Source: an uncultured Dehalococcoidales bacterium (lineage in GTDB: Bacteria; Chloroflexota; Dehalococcoidia; GIF9; AB-539-J10). From it: DNA of 64,000 nt. Made by a program: the position numbers and the translations under genes. Numbering within the stretch: the stretch's first letter is position 1; each line of letters opens with the position of its first letter. Below, one piece after another: positions 39,555 through 50,116 of the stretch. The notes under the pieces are model-generated. The model was not told where the DNA came from, searched no databases, and saw nothing but the letters and a program-made list of their open reading frames with translations. Location of the stretch: positions 53,285-117,284 of the forward strand of contig CAYMVL010000043.1 in assembly GCA_964394145.1 (NCBI GenBank). The letters run 5' to 3'.

Positions 39555-40913
39555 CTAGCTAAGCAGCTCTGCCCACATTCCCTGCTTATCAATAGCTACC
39601 AACTTAACTCGGCCTATCTCATTGGTTAGGCGCTTCTGGCTCCTGGTGAATACTCTGATATAGCTATCAGTCAGGCCAGAATATATTCCTTCGCCTGGCC
39701 TTGTTTCCTTCTCCCACAATACAGACGCAGTCTGACCGAGAAAAAGCTCCTGGAAATTGCGCTTAGAAATCAACGATAGCTGCAGCATCCTGAGACTGCG
39801 TTCCCTCTTTACCTCATACCTTACCTGTTCAGGCATCTTGGCAGCCTTGGTTCCAGGTCGGGGTGAGAAGGGGAAAACATGGATGCTTGCAAAACCGGCT
39901 TGCTGGCAGAAGTGATAGCTCTGTTCGAACTCTGCGTCGCTCTCACCGGGTAAACCGACTATGATGTCAGTGGTAATAGCTGCTTCTGGTATCGCTTCCC
40001 TAATGGAAAGCATCGCAGCGCGGTAATCATCAAGTGAATAGCTTCGCCTCATCCTCTGAAGTAAGGCGTCGCTGCCACTTTGAAGGGCCAAGTGGAAGTG
40101 ACGACATACCCTTCTATCTTGACATAAAGCTAAGAGCCTATTAGATAGCTCCTGTGGTTGAATTGAGGAAAGCCTCAATCTCTCGATATCGGTATCGCGC
40201 AGAATACGATCTATCAAATCTGCCAGGTCAACATCGAGTTGTGGGTTGCTGTTCGCGCTGCCATCTTTATATTGCCCGATGTTTGTTCCTGTAAGTATGA
40301 CTTCCTTATAGCCCAGAGCCACTTTCTTTTTGATTTCCATGATTACCTTCGCATAAGGTACGGAATACTCGCAATCCCTTACTCGCGGTACGATACAGTA
40401 GGCACAAGGGCTATGGCAGCCATCCTGGATCTTAATCAAGCTGCGAACCCTGCTGAGGCCATTGCCGAAATCAAATTGTTCCCCTTCTTGTTCTCGAGGC
40501 GCAACTTTGGCCCTATTCTCCACTTCCTCCATTCTGTGGGTATTATCCAGAGCGGAGGCGTCTGTCCTTGAGTTACCCGGGCCTAATAGGCCTGTTACAG
40601 TCTGAAGCAAATTCTGTTTCTCTTTATTGTTCAAAACCAGGTCAGCAATGTTAGCTAGCTCTTCGGGTGCTCTCTGGGCATAACAGCCAGTAGCAATAGT
40701 CAATGCCTGAGGGTTCCTTCTTTTGGCGAACCTGAGCCAGTGGCGTGACTTGCGGTCCGCGATATGGGTGACTGTGCAGGTATTGGCGATGTAAATATCT
40801 GCCGAATCATCAGGAGGCACAATTTGCAGTCCGGCTTCGCTGAATTCAGCTATCAGCGACTCAGTCTCTGCCTGATTAAGCTTGCATCCCAGAGTGTAGA
40901 AAGCTATTTTCAT
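39555..40913 (-). CDS. mtaB: tRNA t6A37 methylthiotransferase
   Basis: TLGCKLNQAE, NTCTVT, KIQDGC...CAYC, HVFPFSPRPGT. Confidence 0.93.
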   Translation of the reverse strand: MKIAFYTLGCKLNQAETESLIAEFSEAGLQIVPPDDSADIYIANTCTVTHIADRKSRHWLRFAKRRNPQALTIATGCYAQRAPEELANIADLVLNNKEKQNLLQTVTGLLGPGNSRTDASALDNTHRMEEVENRAKVAPREQEGEQFDFGNGLSRVRSLIKIQDGCHSPCAYCIVPRVRDCEYSVPYAKVIMEIKKKVALGYKEVILTGTNIGQYKDGSANSNPQLDVDLADLIDRILRDTDIERLRLSSIQPQELSNRLLALCQDRRVCRHFHLALQSGSDALLQRMRRSYSLDDYRAAMLSIREAIPEAAITTDIIVGLPGESDAEFEQSYHFCQQAGFASIHVFPFSPRPGTKAAKMPEQVRYEVKRERSLRMLQLSLISKRNFQELFLGQTASVLWEKETRPGEGIYSGLTDSYIRVFTRSQKRLTNEIGRVKLVAIDKQGMWAELLS

Positions 40914-41054
40914 ATTGCCTTAAGAGATGGATTATATTTGTTGCCCAAAGTCAGGTCAAATAAATCTATACGGCCACTTAGGATGCGGGGTTTTACTAGG
41001 GCTCGGTTTGTGGTATAGTAAATGCCTTTTGGCCAAGAGCCGTTAGAATTGGAA

Positions 41055-42734
41055 ATGAATCATCAGTGGCAGATTTTACCTCAGGCACCAACTGAATATA
41101 TCAATGCTTGTGGCGTGTCTTCTGTAATTGGGCAACTGCTGTATAACCGGGGTGTTAAGCCAGACGAAAGCGAACTGTTTTTAGCCGCTGACCACAGACT
41201 AGAAGGCAATCCCTTTCTGCTTCCGGACGTGCAACAAGCAGTGAGCAGAATATATGCGGCTTTGCTTTCAGGCGAAAAGATTGCCGTCTATGGCGACTTC
41301 GATGTTGATGGTGTCACCGCTACTGCTGTTCTTGTCGAAGGGCTCTCTTGGCTTGGTGCCAAGGCTAGCCCTTATATAGCTAGCCGTTTTTTTGAGGGAC
41401 GTGGGCTGCAATTACCAGCTATAGAGAAGCTTAGTGGGGAGGGGATTAGCCTCCTTATTACTGTTGATTGTGGTATCAGTGACTTTGTGCAAGCGAAAAA
41501 GGCTCAGGAAACAGGGATCGATGTGATCATAACTGATCATCATATCCCACCACCAAACTTGCCTCAAGCCGTGGCTGTAATTAACCCAAAACGAAAGGAT
41601 TCCCTCTATCCCTATCCTGATCTGGCTGGTGTGGGCGTGGCTTTCAAACTCGTACAGGCTTTGCTCTATGGCGATAGCAGGCAAGAAAGGCTAACTGAGT
41701 TGCTAGATCTAGTAGCTTTAGGCACTGTTACCGACCTGGTACCTCTTATAGGTGAGAACCGTTATCTGGTTAAGGAAGGGCTGAAAGTGCTCAATAGCAC
41801 GCATCGTATCGGTCTTCAAGAGATGATGAGGCTGGCTAGGCTGAATGCAGGCGGGCTTGACACCGAGCATATTTCCTTTGCTTTAGGTCCTCGCCTTAAT
41901 GCTGCTGGCAGGATTGCATATGCTGGCAACAGTTATCAGTTGCTAACGACCAATTCAGCAGAAGAAGCTTATCGCCTGGCACTAGAACTGGAGGAAATGA
42001 ATACCGAGCGCCAGCAACTAACCAGTGAAGTATTGGGCAAAGCAAAAGAGAGGCTGGAGGGAAAGCTTTCTCTGCCTCTGCTTATAGAAGGCGATGAGAG
42101 CTATCCCATCGGTATTATTGGACTTGTTGCGGGTAAGCTGGTAGATGAATTTCATAAGCCTGCCATAATTCTCAACATTGGTTCAGAACTATGTCGTGGC
42201 AGTTGCCGCAGCATACCTGAGTTCAACATTATGTCTGCCCTGCAAGGATGCTGCGACTTGTTCCAGAGCTTTGGCGGTCATCCCTTAGCTGCCGGGTTTA
42301 CCTTGGCACGTGAGAACCTTAGCAAGCTCGAGGAAAGGCTCATGGGTTTAGCACAGAGCGAATTATCTGGTCTCGATTTGAAGCCTAAATTGCTGATTGA
42401 CGCTGAGGTTCTCTTATCCACCTTCGCCGGTGACAGCTTCAATATGATTCAAGGGCTGGGCCCTTTCGGGAAAGGTAACTCTTCACCTGTTTTCCTCAGC
42501 CGTCAAGTTGAGGTAACGGAACGTCGGACTTTCGGGAACCAGGGCAGACATTTGGAGTTAAAGCTCAGACAAGGGGATATAACTTGGAGGGCTGTAGGTT
42601 TTGCTTCCCAGAAGACCCAGGAGGAAGTCACGCGTTTCATAGATATAGTGTATAGCTTGGAGAGGATTTCCTGGGGGGGAGAAGAGGCATTGCGTCTCAA
42701 CCTTCGCGACTTTGCCCCAAGTCAGCCTCGCTAG
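41055..42734 (+). CDS. recJ: ssDNA exonuclease RecJ
   Basis: YGDFDVDG, TVDCG, TDHH, GPRLNAAGR, GSCRS, GGH; start 41022 or 41055. Confidence 0.95.
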   Translation: MNHQWQILPQAPTEYINACGVSSVIGQLLYNRGVKPDESELFLAADHRLEGNPFLLPDVQQAVSRIYAALLSGEKIAVYGDFDVDGVTATAVLVEGLSWLGAKASPYIASRFFEGRGLQLPAIEKLSGEGISLLITVDCGISDFVQAKKAQETGIDVIITDHHIPPPNLPQAVAVINPKRKDSLYPYPDLAGVGVAFKLVQALLYGDSRQERLTELLDLVALGTVTDLVPLIGENRYLVKEGLKVLNSTHRIGLQEMMRLARLNAGGLDTEHISFALGPRLNAAGRIAYAGNSYQLLTTNSAEEAYRLALELEEMNTERQQLTSEVLGKAKERLEGKLSLPLLIEGDESYPIGIIGLVAGKLVDEFHKPAIILNIGSELCRGSCRSIPEFNIMSALQGCCDLFQSFGGHPLAAGFTLARENLSKLEERLMGLAQSELSGLDLKPKLLIDAEVLLSTFAGDSFNMIQGLGPFGKGNSSPVFLSRQVEVTERRTFGNQGRHLELKLRQGDITWRAVGFASQKTQEEVTRFIDIVYSLERISWGGEEALRLNLRDFAPSQPR

Positions 42735-43542
42735 TTGTTTCAGCAACTCTAATCCCGTGCCTGAACCTCCGTATTCTGAAAATAAGCCAGGGCACAGTGA
42801 CCGCCAACATGACCAGACTGATGACCTGGCCTTGATGAAGTCCCCATAGAAATGGGTCATTCACGCGGAGGAACCTGATGGCGAAGTCACCCAGGGCATA
42901 AAGAGAAAGATAGAGAAAGAAGAGGGAGCCTTGTGGCTTAAGCCGTTCTCGAAAGCTCCATACAACAGCGAAGACCAGCAGGTTCCACAGCAGGAAATAA
43001 ATCTGCGTGGGATACAGAGGCACTCCCCAATACTCACGAGGAATGGTATCTCGGGGACTATAGATCACCGCAGTGAAGAAAGAATGCAGGGTGCTGGGTT
43101 TACCAAAGCAACAGCCATTTAGGGTACAGCCCAATCTTCCTATAGCCTGGGCCAGGGGTGCTCCAACAGCTATAGAGTCACCCAGGCCAGCAAGACTGGG
43201 GAAAGAAATTTTCTTCATCTTGGTGTACAGCCAGGCTCCCAGTAAAGCTCCTCCAATGGCTCCATATAGCGCAAGCCCAGCAAAACCGATGATATCGATA
43301 GGCTCTTCCGGATGCGTCACAAGGTAGTCAATGACGTGGACCAGCCTGGATACTATAAAGCCACCTATGATTCCCCAAAGGAAAATGCCATAGAGAGTAT
43401 CTTGGGGGAAGCCTATTCTTCTTACCTCACGCGAAGTGACAAGTAGCAATGTCATAACCGCCAAAGCTACCATAATTCCATACCACCTCACCACAAAAGT
43501 ACCGATGGTAAAAGCAACGGGGTCTATATCAATAGTGAGCAT
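42697..43542 (-). CDS. lgt: Prolipoprotein diacylglyceryl transferase
   Basis: IDPVAF, VRWYG, QAIGRLGC..NGCC.G, PTQIY. Confidence 0.93.
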   Translation of the reverse strand: MLTIDIDPVAFTIGTFVVRWYGIMVALAVMTLLLVTSREVRRIGFPQDTLYGIFLWGIIGGFIVSRLVHVIDYLVTHPEEPIDIIGFAGLALYGAIGGALLGAWLYTKMKKISFPSLAGLGDSIAVGAPLAQAIGRLGCTLNGCCFGKPSTLHSFFTAVIYSPRDTIPREYWGVPLYPTQIYFLLWNLLVFAVVWSFRERLKPQGSLFFLYLSLYALGDFAIRFLRVNDPFLWGLHQGQVISLVMLAVTVPWLIFRIRRFRHGIRVAETTSEADLGQSREG

Positions 43543-43549
43543 TTTGTTT

Positions 43550-44476
43550 TCAAGAGAAAATGGCATTGACGAAAGCGTCAGCGTCGAAAGGAGCCATATC
43601 CTGTAGTTCTTCTCCTGTTCCTATGTACGAGATAGGTATATTCAAACAGTCGCGGATAGCAAAGATTATGCCCCCCTTGGCTGTGCCATCTAGTTTGGAC
43701 AAAAAAATACCGGTTACGTCTATAGCTTCCGTGAAATACTTGGCCTGCGTCAGGCCGTTTTGCCCGGTGGTAGCATCCATCACCAGTAGGACTTGATGTG
43801 GGGCCGAGGCATCGTAATTACCTGCTACCCTCTTTATTTTCTTCAGCTCTTCCATTAGGTTAAACTTGGTGTGTAGGCGGCCAGCGGTATCTATAATGAC
43901 TAAATCTGCCTGGCGATTATATGCCGCCTGAATAGCGTCGAAGGCAACCGCCGCCGGGTCGCCACCAGCCTGGTGAGCGACAACCTCGGCTCCAACTTCT
44001 CTGCCCCAGTATTTAAGCTGGTCAATCGCTGCTGCTCTGAAAGTGTCAGCAGCAGCCAGAATTACTCGTTTGCCCTGTGAGGTGAAGCTATAAGCCAGTT
44101 TAGCAATGCTGGTAGTTTTGCCCGAGCCATTGACGCCAACCACAAGGATAATTTGGGGCGATTTTCCGTCTTGCTCTGTACGGACTGGTGAATCCGAGAC
44201 GCCAAGTAAACTCACCATCTCCTCCTTCAGGGCTGACCTTATCTGTGAAGCCTGTGTTAATCTATCTGTTTTCACGCGCCCTTTGACCTTGGCGACGAGC
44301 TTGCCTGTGGTTTCTACTCCAAGATCAGCCATGATAAGTGATTCTTCCAGTTCATCCCACAGCTCTTGACTCACCGACGTTCTATCAAAGAGGCGGACTA
44401 TCTTGCCAAACCAGATATCCTTGCCTTTTCTTGCCCCTGAATCGCTTCTTTTCAACCAGTGAGCCACGTTAGCCAC
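43550..44476 (-). CDS. ftsY: SRP receptor
   Basis: GVNGSGKTT, DTFRAAA, DTAGR, DATTGQN, KLDGTAKGG. Confidence 0.97.
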   Translation of the reverse strand: MANVAHWLKRSDSGARKGKDIWFGKIVRLFDRTSVSQELWDELEESLIMADLGVETTGKLVAKVKGRVKTDRLTQASQIRSALKEEMVSLLGVSDSPVRTEQDGKSPQIILVVGVNGSGKTTSIAKLAYSFTSQGKRVILAAADTFRAAAIDQLKYWGREVGAEVVAHQAGGDPAAVAFDAIQAAYNRQADLVIIDTAGRLHTKFNLMEELKKIKRVAGNYDASAPHQVLLVMDATTGQNGLTQAKYFTEAIDVTGIFLSKLDGTAKGGIIFAIRDCLNIPISYIGTGEELQDMAPFDADAFVNAIFS

Positions 44477-44593
44477 CTATCATATAACTGTGAATATAGT
44501 AGCACAAGTGCAGCGGGCTTTTCAGTCTGCCAAACGAGGAAGCGCAATATCGTCCTGCTATATTAGAAGGTCGCTTGGTATTGCGATTAGAAT

Positions 44594-46861
44594 TCAGCTC
44601 ACTAGCCCTTCAAGCAGCATTACGGCCGCTTTCTTGTCAAGGGGCTGGTTGTTGTTGCCGCACTTCGGCGATTGTATGCAAGACGGGCAACCATCCTTAC
44701 AGGAACACCCCTTAATTAAATTCAGAGTAGCTTGCCAGAGCTGTTCTACTATCTCAAATCCTTTCTCAGCAATGCCGATGCCCCCGGGATACGCATCGTA
44801 GATGAAGATTTGCGCTTTGCCTGTGTCGGGGTGAAAAGGCATGGAAACGCCGCCTATATCGTTCCGATCGCACAGAGCAAACAGTGGGAGTATGCCAATG
44901 GCGGCATGCTCACAGGCGTGCAGGCCACCGTGAAAATCAAGCCCAACATCAGTGATCTTATCGATTGCCTTCTGTGGTAAATCAAACCATAATGACTTGG
45001 TGAGGAAGCTCTGAGGTGGCAAGTCAAGTGTTTCCTCTCCAATAAGCTCCTCAGTGAACTGTCTCTTCTTTTTGAAGCCTACGATTCTAGTAGTAACAGC
45101 GACATCTCCAAAATAGACTCTAGCGCTGCGGCATTCCTTTTCCTTGACCGTCTTTAGCACCCGGATGTCGGTGAGTTCCTTCGTTTGAGTATAGTAATCA
45201 ACATATGCTTGTCTGGCTAAAGCAGTATGCCTGACCAGGTCGAGCTCCATTATAATGTAGGACTCGCCCTGATGCAGATAGATAGCACCAGGGTGTATTT
45301 GAAAGAAGGCAACGCTAGCTTCCACGGTCTCCACAAGACAGCCATGGGAATCAATAATGGCATACTGTCCCGATGTCGCCCTTATATTTACTTCCTGAGC
45401 GGGATAGATAGAGGTGGGAGAAGGATACCATCTCTCACCGCGCTTCCTTATCTTGCCTTCTTGTTCCAAGTCGGCTAGCGTAACATCAAAAGTGTCCCCA
45501 AAGATTTGTTTGCCTTTCTCACTTAACGGCTGCTCCCAGGCAGCACAAAGAAGATGCGGCTTTAAGATATGGGGGTTATCTGGATTAATCAAGGCGTTAT
45601 CGAAGTTTTTACCGAAGAAGAAATCAGGATGATGCATTAAATATTGGTCAAGCGGGTTGTCCTGAGCTATAAGGAAACTCAAAGAACTATGGCTGCTTCG
45701 CCCGCTGCGGCCTGCTTGCTGCCAGGCGCTGGCAATACTTCCTGGATATCCAGTAAGCACCGTTGCCTCCAAATCGCCAATGTCTATTCCCAGTTCTAGA
45801 GCTGTTGTTGCCACAAGGCCTACTAGATGGCCTTGCAAGAATTGGTGCTCAATTCGGCGTCTCTCCTCAGGAATATAGCCTGCACGATAAGGACTGATAA
45901 GTTGTGCCAGTGAGGCAGATAACCGCGATTGGGTGTAGATATAAATAAGCTCAGTCAATTTACGGGTGCGGGCAAAGACGAGGCTACGGATATTTTTTTG
46001 AATAAGCTCAGCAAGAAGGAAAGCAGCTTCGCTATTAGCACTGCGCCGACTGCTTTTAGCTTCGTCGAGGAGCGGTGGGTTCCAGAAGGAAAAGTATTTT
46101 TCACCATGTGGTGAACCATCTTTGATAATTGCGTCAAAGGGTAAACCAGTCAGATTTTCGGCATGCTCTTTGGGATTAGCAATGGTCGCCGAACAACAAA
46201 TAAACTGGGGATTGGAACCGTAGTGAGCACAAATCCGTCTCAACCTCCGCAGAACATTAGCTACGTGAGAGCCAAAAACACCCCGATAAACATGAGCCTC
46301 ATCAATAACCACGTACTTCAAGTGCTGAAGTAACTTGGACCACGATTCATGGTTGGGCAAAATGCCCAGATGGAGCATATCGGGATTGGTGAGTACTATT
46401 CTGGCTTGTCTCTTTATGGCAGTCCTTTGACTCTGCGGCGTATCACCATCAAAAATAGCGATTGCTTTTTCAGAAAGTAGTCCGGGCAAGGCAAGTTGTC
46501 TCAGGCTGCGAAATTGATCCTGGGCCAAAGCTTTAGTGGGGAAAAGATAGAGAGCGGAGTTACTATTATCAATCAACATTGCCTCAAGCGTGGCTATTTG
46601 ATAGCACAATGTCTTGCCGCTTGCACTCGGAGTAGCGACTATTACATTCTTCCCTGCGGAGATAGCGTTTAGCGCCTCTGCTTGATGACTGTAGAGGCGT
46701 GACATGCCTAGAGATTCAAGCCGTGCTTTCAAGGCAGGTTTGAGGGGCTTGTCTAGTTCATCGAAAGTGGGACCTTGAGAGTGGATAAGTTCAATATGGA
46801 TAATCTGCTGTTCGTATGTAGGCAAGTTGATAAGATGATGAAGAAAAACAGCAGCGTCCAT
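44594..46861 (-). CDS. DEAH-box helicase with DUF1998 (MrfA/YprA/Hrq1-like)
   Basis: ASGKT, PTKALAQDQ, DEAH, LELGIDIG, QAGRSGR, C-terminal CSCKDGCPSC. Confidence 0.92.
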   Translation of the reverse strand: MDAAVFLHHLINLPTYEQQIIHIELIHSQGPTFDELDKPLKPALKARLESLGMSRLYSHQAEALNAISAGKNVIVATPSASGKTLCYQIATLEAMLIDNSNSALYLFPTKALAQDQFRSLRQLALPGLLSEKAIAIFDGDTPQSQRTAIKRQARIVLTNPDMLHLGILPNHESWSKLLQHLKYVVIDEAHVYRGVFGSHVANVLRRLRRICAHYGSNPQFICCSATIANPKEHAENLTGLPFDAIIKDGSPHGEKYFSFWNPPLLDEAKSSRRSANSEAAFLLAELIQKNIRSLVFARTRKLTELIYIYTQSRLSASLAQLISPYRAGYIPEERRRIEHQFLQGHLVGLVATTALELGIDIGDLEATVLTGYPGSIASAWQQAGRSGRSSHSSLSFLIAQDNPLDQYLMHHPDFFFGKNFDNALINPDNPHILKPHLLCAAWEQPLSEKGKQIFGDTFDVTLADLEQEGKIRKRGERWYPSPTSIYPAQEVNIRATSGQYAIIDSHGCLVETVEASVAFFQIHPGAIYLHQGESYIIMELDLVRHTALARQAYVDYYTQTKELTDIRVLKTVKEKECRSARVYFGDVAVTTRIVGFKKKRQFTEELIGEETLDLPPQSFLTKSLWFDLPQKAIDKITDVGLDFHGGLHACEHAAIGILPLFALCDRNDIGGVSMPFHPDTGKAQIFIYDAYPGGIGIAEKGFEIVEQLWQATLNLIKGCSCKDGCPSCIQSPKCGNNNQPLDKKAAVMLLEGLVS

Positions 46862-46868
46862 TTATCAT

Positions 46869-47162
46869 TTAAGGAAAGGAAAAGACTTCTACTTCCGAGC
46901 GCAATAACTCTAGGTCGGGATAATTCTGAGTGACGAACTTTATTACGTTGGATAGAATCTCGTCAGCATGCCTTCTACTATTGCTAACACAGACTATGCC
47001 TAAAGTGGCTAATTGCCATGAACCTTGACTGTCAACTTCGGCCACAGATACGTTATAATTGTTCTGGAGCCGCGCAACAACGGATCTGATTACTTGCCGC
47101 TTGCCTTTAAGGGAGTGGTTCTCAGGAAGGCGAAACTCAATTTGGCATACCCCGATTGTCAT
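46869..47162 (-). CDS. DUF503 (YlxP-like) protein
   Basis: HSLKGKR, NVSVAEV. Confidence 0.9.
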   Translation of the reverse strand: MTIGVCQIEFRLPENHSLKGKRQVIRSVVARLQNNYNVSVAEVDSQGSWQLATLGIVCVSNSRRHADEILSNVIKFVTQNYPDLELLRSEVEVFSFP

Positions 47163-47450
47163 CCTTTAATACTCAGTAAGTCTATACATGGGGAGACATG
47201 CCAGTCAAGCTTGTGTAATCCTTTATGTGGTTGGTGACACGTTCTCCTTCCTTGCTCCCTAGCACTCCTGGTTATGCGTTACCTGTGCTCTCATGCATGA
47301 CGCAGCATAATCACTAGTCCATCCTGGTACCATCGGAGATGTTCCTCTCTTAACCCGGCTACGGCGTTAAGTGCCTCCGCCTAATAGGGTTCAATCTTTA
47401 TGAGGAAGCCAGTTCAGACACAAAGAGGAGGCAAGATGGGTTGCAAAGCG

Positions 47451-48422
47451 CTACAGTATGCCCGCGTACTTGAGACCGACAGCAATCAGAAGCTGAACTA
47501 TCGCTATAGGGGCAAGCCATTTAAGACACATAGTCACCATCTGCTCAATCTTGAGCCTGGCGAATAGCGCTTTAATACAAGCCAGAATAAAGACGATGAT
47601 TAACGTTTTGATAATAAAGGCAATGAATCCTACGATCGAGGCGGGGATACCTGACAGGTGCACGCCAGGGATATCGAAGCCGGCAAGAAACAGTGCTGAT
47701 ATCAAAGCTGCCCCCGCCACCATTTCTATGCTTACCATCAGCCTCATCAGAGCTAATCTTCCACCGGAATACTCTACCAGAGGACCGGCGACAATCTCCT
47801 GCTCCGCGGTAGGGATATCGAATGGAATGCGCTCCAGTTTACCTACAAGCGAAACAATAGCTACGATGAAAGACAGTGGCAGCCAGAGGATGAACCAAAC
47901 ATGGTTCAGCTGGTAGCTCACAATATCCGATAGGCTCCAGATGCCGGTTACTAAAGCAGGGGAAAGTATAGCCAGGAAGAACGGTACTTCATAGCCGAAA
48001 AGCTGGGTCAGCACTCTAAACCCACCCACAGCGCCAAAAGGATTTGTGGAGTGCCATCCAGCCAAGAACAGGAACAAAGCGGGCAAGGTCAAAAGGTAGG
48101 CTACCACAATTATGTCTCCTGTAAAGGGATAGACTGACTGGGCAGACCAGATGGGGATATAAATGAAGCCGGTTACCACTGCGGCAATGCCAAAGATAGG
48201 CACAGCTGTAAACATCTTCTTATCTGCCAATCCAGGGACCAATGACTCCTTCGACAAAAGTTTGAAAAAGTCAGCCCAGGGTTGGTAAAGGGGAGGGCCA
48301 ACTCTACTCTGCAGGCGAGCCACCACCTTCCTGTCTATGAACTCACAGAACAGGCTATAAAAAAACAGGAATAGGAATCCCGGAAAAACTATCAAATTAG
48401 CAATGGCAATGCCGACGCTCAT
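47451..48422 (-). CDS. Complex I subunit H-like membrane subunit
   Basis: RKVVARLQSRVGP, ADFFKLLSKE, ERIPFD...AEQE..GPLVEYSG. Confidence 0.92.
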   Translation of the reverse strand: MSVGIAIANLIVFPGFLFLFFYSLFCEFIDRKVVARLQSRVGPPLYQPWADFFKLLSKESLVPGLADKKMFTAVPIFGIAAVVTGFIYIPIWSAQSVYPFTGDIIVVAYLLTLPALFLFLAGWHSTNPFGAVGGFRVLTQLFGYEVPFFLAILSPALVTGIWSLSDIVSYQLNHVWFILWLPLSFIVAIVSLVGKLERIPFDIPTAEQEIVAGPLVEYSGGRLALMRLMVSIEMVAGAALISALFLAGFDIPGVHLSGIPASIVGFIAFIIKTLIIVFILACIKALFARLKIEQMVTMCLKWLAPIAIVQLLIAVGLKYAGIL

Positions 48423-48568
48423 CTTCTTAACTCCTTAGTGGCTGAAGGCCATGCATACCCCTTCAAATCTTCTCCACCTGTCCATGACGTCGTTTCCGCA
48501 TCAGAGACTTGGGAAACTTCCTTCGTAGTCCATTCCCTGGGTTTCAAGCAAAGCTTAAATCTATCCAT
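48419..48568 (-). CDS. 49-aa ORF inside the membrane-complex operon
   Basis: Fills the NuoI-NuoH gap; its stop overlaps the NuoH ATG; MDRFKLCLKPREW...SWTGGEDLKG. Confidence 0.4.
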   Translation of the reverse strand: MDRFKLCLKPREWTTKEVSQVSDAETTSWTGGEDLKGYAWPSATKELRR

Positions 48569-48577
48569 ATCAGCATC

Positions 48578-48967
48578 CTAACGAACTGGCTGAGCCAGTT
48601 TATCAGGGCCATATACTGCCTGATCTTTATCCATAATTGAAATCATAGCCTCATGGGTCATATGAATTGCATCTCTGGGGCAATACTCTTCGCAGAGAGC
48701 ACAGAAACAACACTTGCCCAGGTGTATCTGAGGATACAGCTTGTCCACTATCTTCCCCTTTTTCTCTTCTTCACCAACCTTCACAAGCTCAATAGCCTTG
48801 TTGGGGCAAACCAGAGAACATACCGGGCAACCTGTGCATTTTTCCAGATCTAAGAAGTGCCTCCCTCTGTAGCCCTCCACCGGGGGTAGAGCCTGGTACG
48901 GGAATTGCAGAGTCATCGGTTTCTTGAATAGATTTTTCAACAGCGCAGCAGGTCTAAATATGCTCAT
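48578..48967 (-). CDS. NuoI-like 2x[4Fe-4S] subunit
   Basis: CTGCPVCSLVCP and CCFCALCEEYCP. Confidence 0.92.
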   Translation of the reverse strand: MSIFRPAALLKNLFKKPMTLQFPYQALPPVEGYRGRHFLDLEKCTGCPVCSLVCPNKAIELVKVGEEEKKGKIVDKLYPQIHLGKCCFCALCEEYCPRDAIHMTHEAMISIMDKDQAVYGPDKLAQPVR

Positions 48968-48973
48968 TTCGGC

Positions 48974-50116
48974 TCACCTATCCATATCGGCAGGGCAGGG
49001 GTCCAGGCTCCAGTATATAGCCGGGATATCCGCTATAGATACCCCCTTGGCCAGGAAGGGAAATGCGGTTAAAGTGTGCGAGAAACTAGGCCCCCTGACT
49101 TTTACTCTATAGGGTCTCTCGCTTCCATCGCTCACCATATGGAAACATAGTTCTCCTCTAGCTGCCTCACAGCAGAAATAGGCTTCTCCCTTCGGGATTT
49201 TCTTGGTAATTCCCCACTTGACCTTGAAATCCCCGTCAGGCATCTTATCAACGAGCTGCCTCACCATAGAAATGCTTTCCAGTATTTCTCCTCTCCTGCA
49301 CAAAGACCGGGCGTAGGCATCTGCTTTGTCATCAGATATAACCTTAAAATCTATATGGCCGTACGCATCATAAGGCTCATCTTTTCTCACATCGGTCGCT
49401 ATGCCGGAGGCTCTCAGGTTAGGCCCTGTGATTCCCAGAGCCACCGCATCCTCAGCATTCAGAGTACCTACACCTTTCATCCTCATGGTAAACGTTGTAT
49501 TGTAAAAGACCAGGTTATCATAAAGCTTCATTTGATTCTCCAGATAATCAAGCACCTTGAGAATTTCTTGCCCCATCTCTGGAGTAATGTCTCTTCTGAC
49601 GCCTCCAGGCATGAAATGGCAGGGATATATCCTGCCCCCTGTAATGATTTCATTCAGGCGTATAATCTTCTCCCTATCTCCCCAGGCGATTCTGGTCCCG
49701 CTATCAAGGCCCAGTACCATTGAAAGCACCCCGATCCAGGTTATATGAGACAAAAGTCTGCCCAGCTCTGCCATGATAGTCCTGATGAACTTGCCCCTTG
49801 CAGGAGCCTCAATACCTGCGGCTTTTTCCACCACATTCACATATCCCATCTCATTAGAAAAAGGGTCAAGAATGCATATCCGGTCGGTAAGCATAGTGTT
49901 CTGGGCATGGTTTCTATACTCCATAAGGCGTTCAAAGCCTCTGTGGAGATAACCAGGATGTGGAGTCAGCTCGACTACCTGCTCACCAATACATTTAACC
50001 GCGGCGAAAAAATGTCCTGACGCCGGATGTTGCGGACCGAAGGGGATGGTTGTGAAGCTCAGCTCCGTTTCCTCTAACTCATCCTTCTTGGCCAAAATAT
50101 CCCTTGTCGTCTCCAT
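48974..50116 (-). CDS. NuoD/MbsL-like large subunit lacking a full NiFe ligand set
   Basis: FGPQHP, GYLHRG, RICILD, EAARGE, C-terminal DPCPADMDR; ATG 50116 preferred over 50188. Confidence 0.9.
   Translation of the reverse strand: METTRDILAKKDELEETELSFTTIPFGPQHPASGHFFAAVKCIGEQVVELTPHPGYLHRGFERLMEYRNHAQNTMLTDRICILDPFSNEMGYVNVVEKAAGIEAPARGKFIRTIMAELGRLLSHITWIGVLSMVLGLDSGTRIAWGDREKIIRLNEIITGGRIYPCHFMPGGVRRDITPEMGQEILKVLDYLENQMKLYDNLVFYNTTFTMRMKGVGTLNAEDAVALGITGPNLRASGIATDVRKDEPYDAYGHIDFKVISDDKADAYARSLCRRGEILESISMVRQLVDKMPDGDFKVKWGITKKIPKGEAYFCCEAARGELCFHMVSDGSERPYRVKVRGPSFSHTLTAFPFLAKGVSIADIPAIYWSLDPCPADMDR

Noticed and set aside
48974-50116. Group 4 [NiFe]-hydrogenase (Ech/Mbh) call
   Set aside because: Both CxxC Ni-binding motifs are CxxD.
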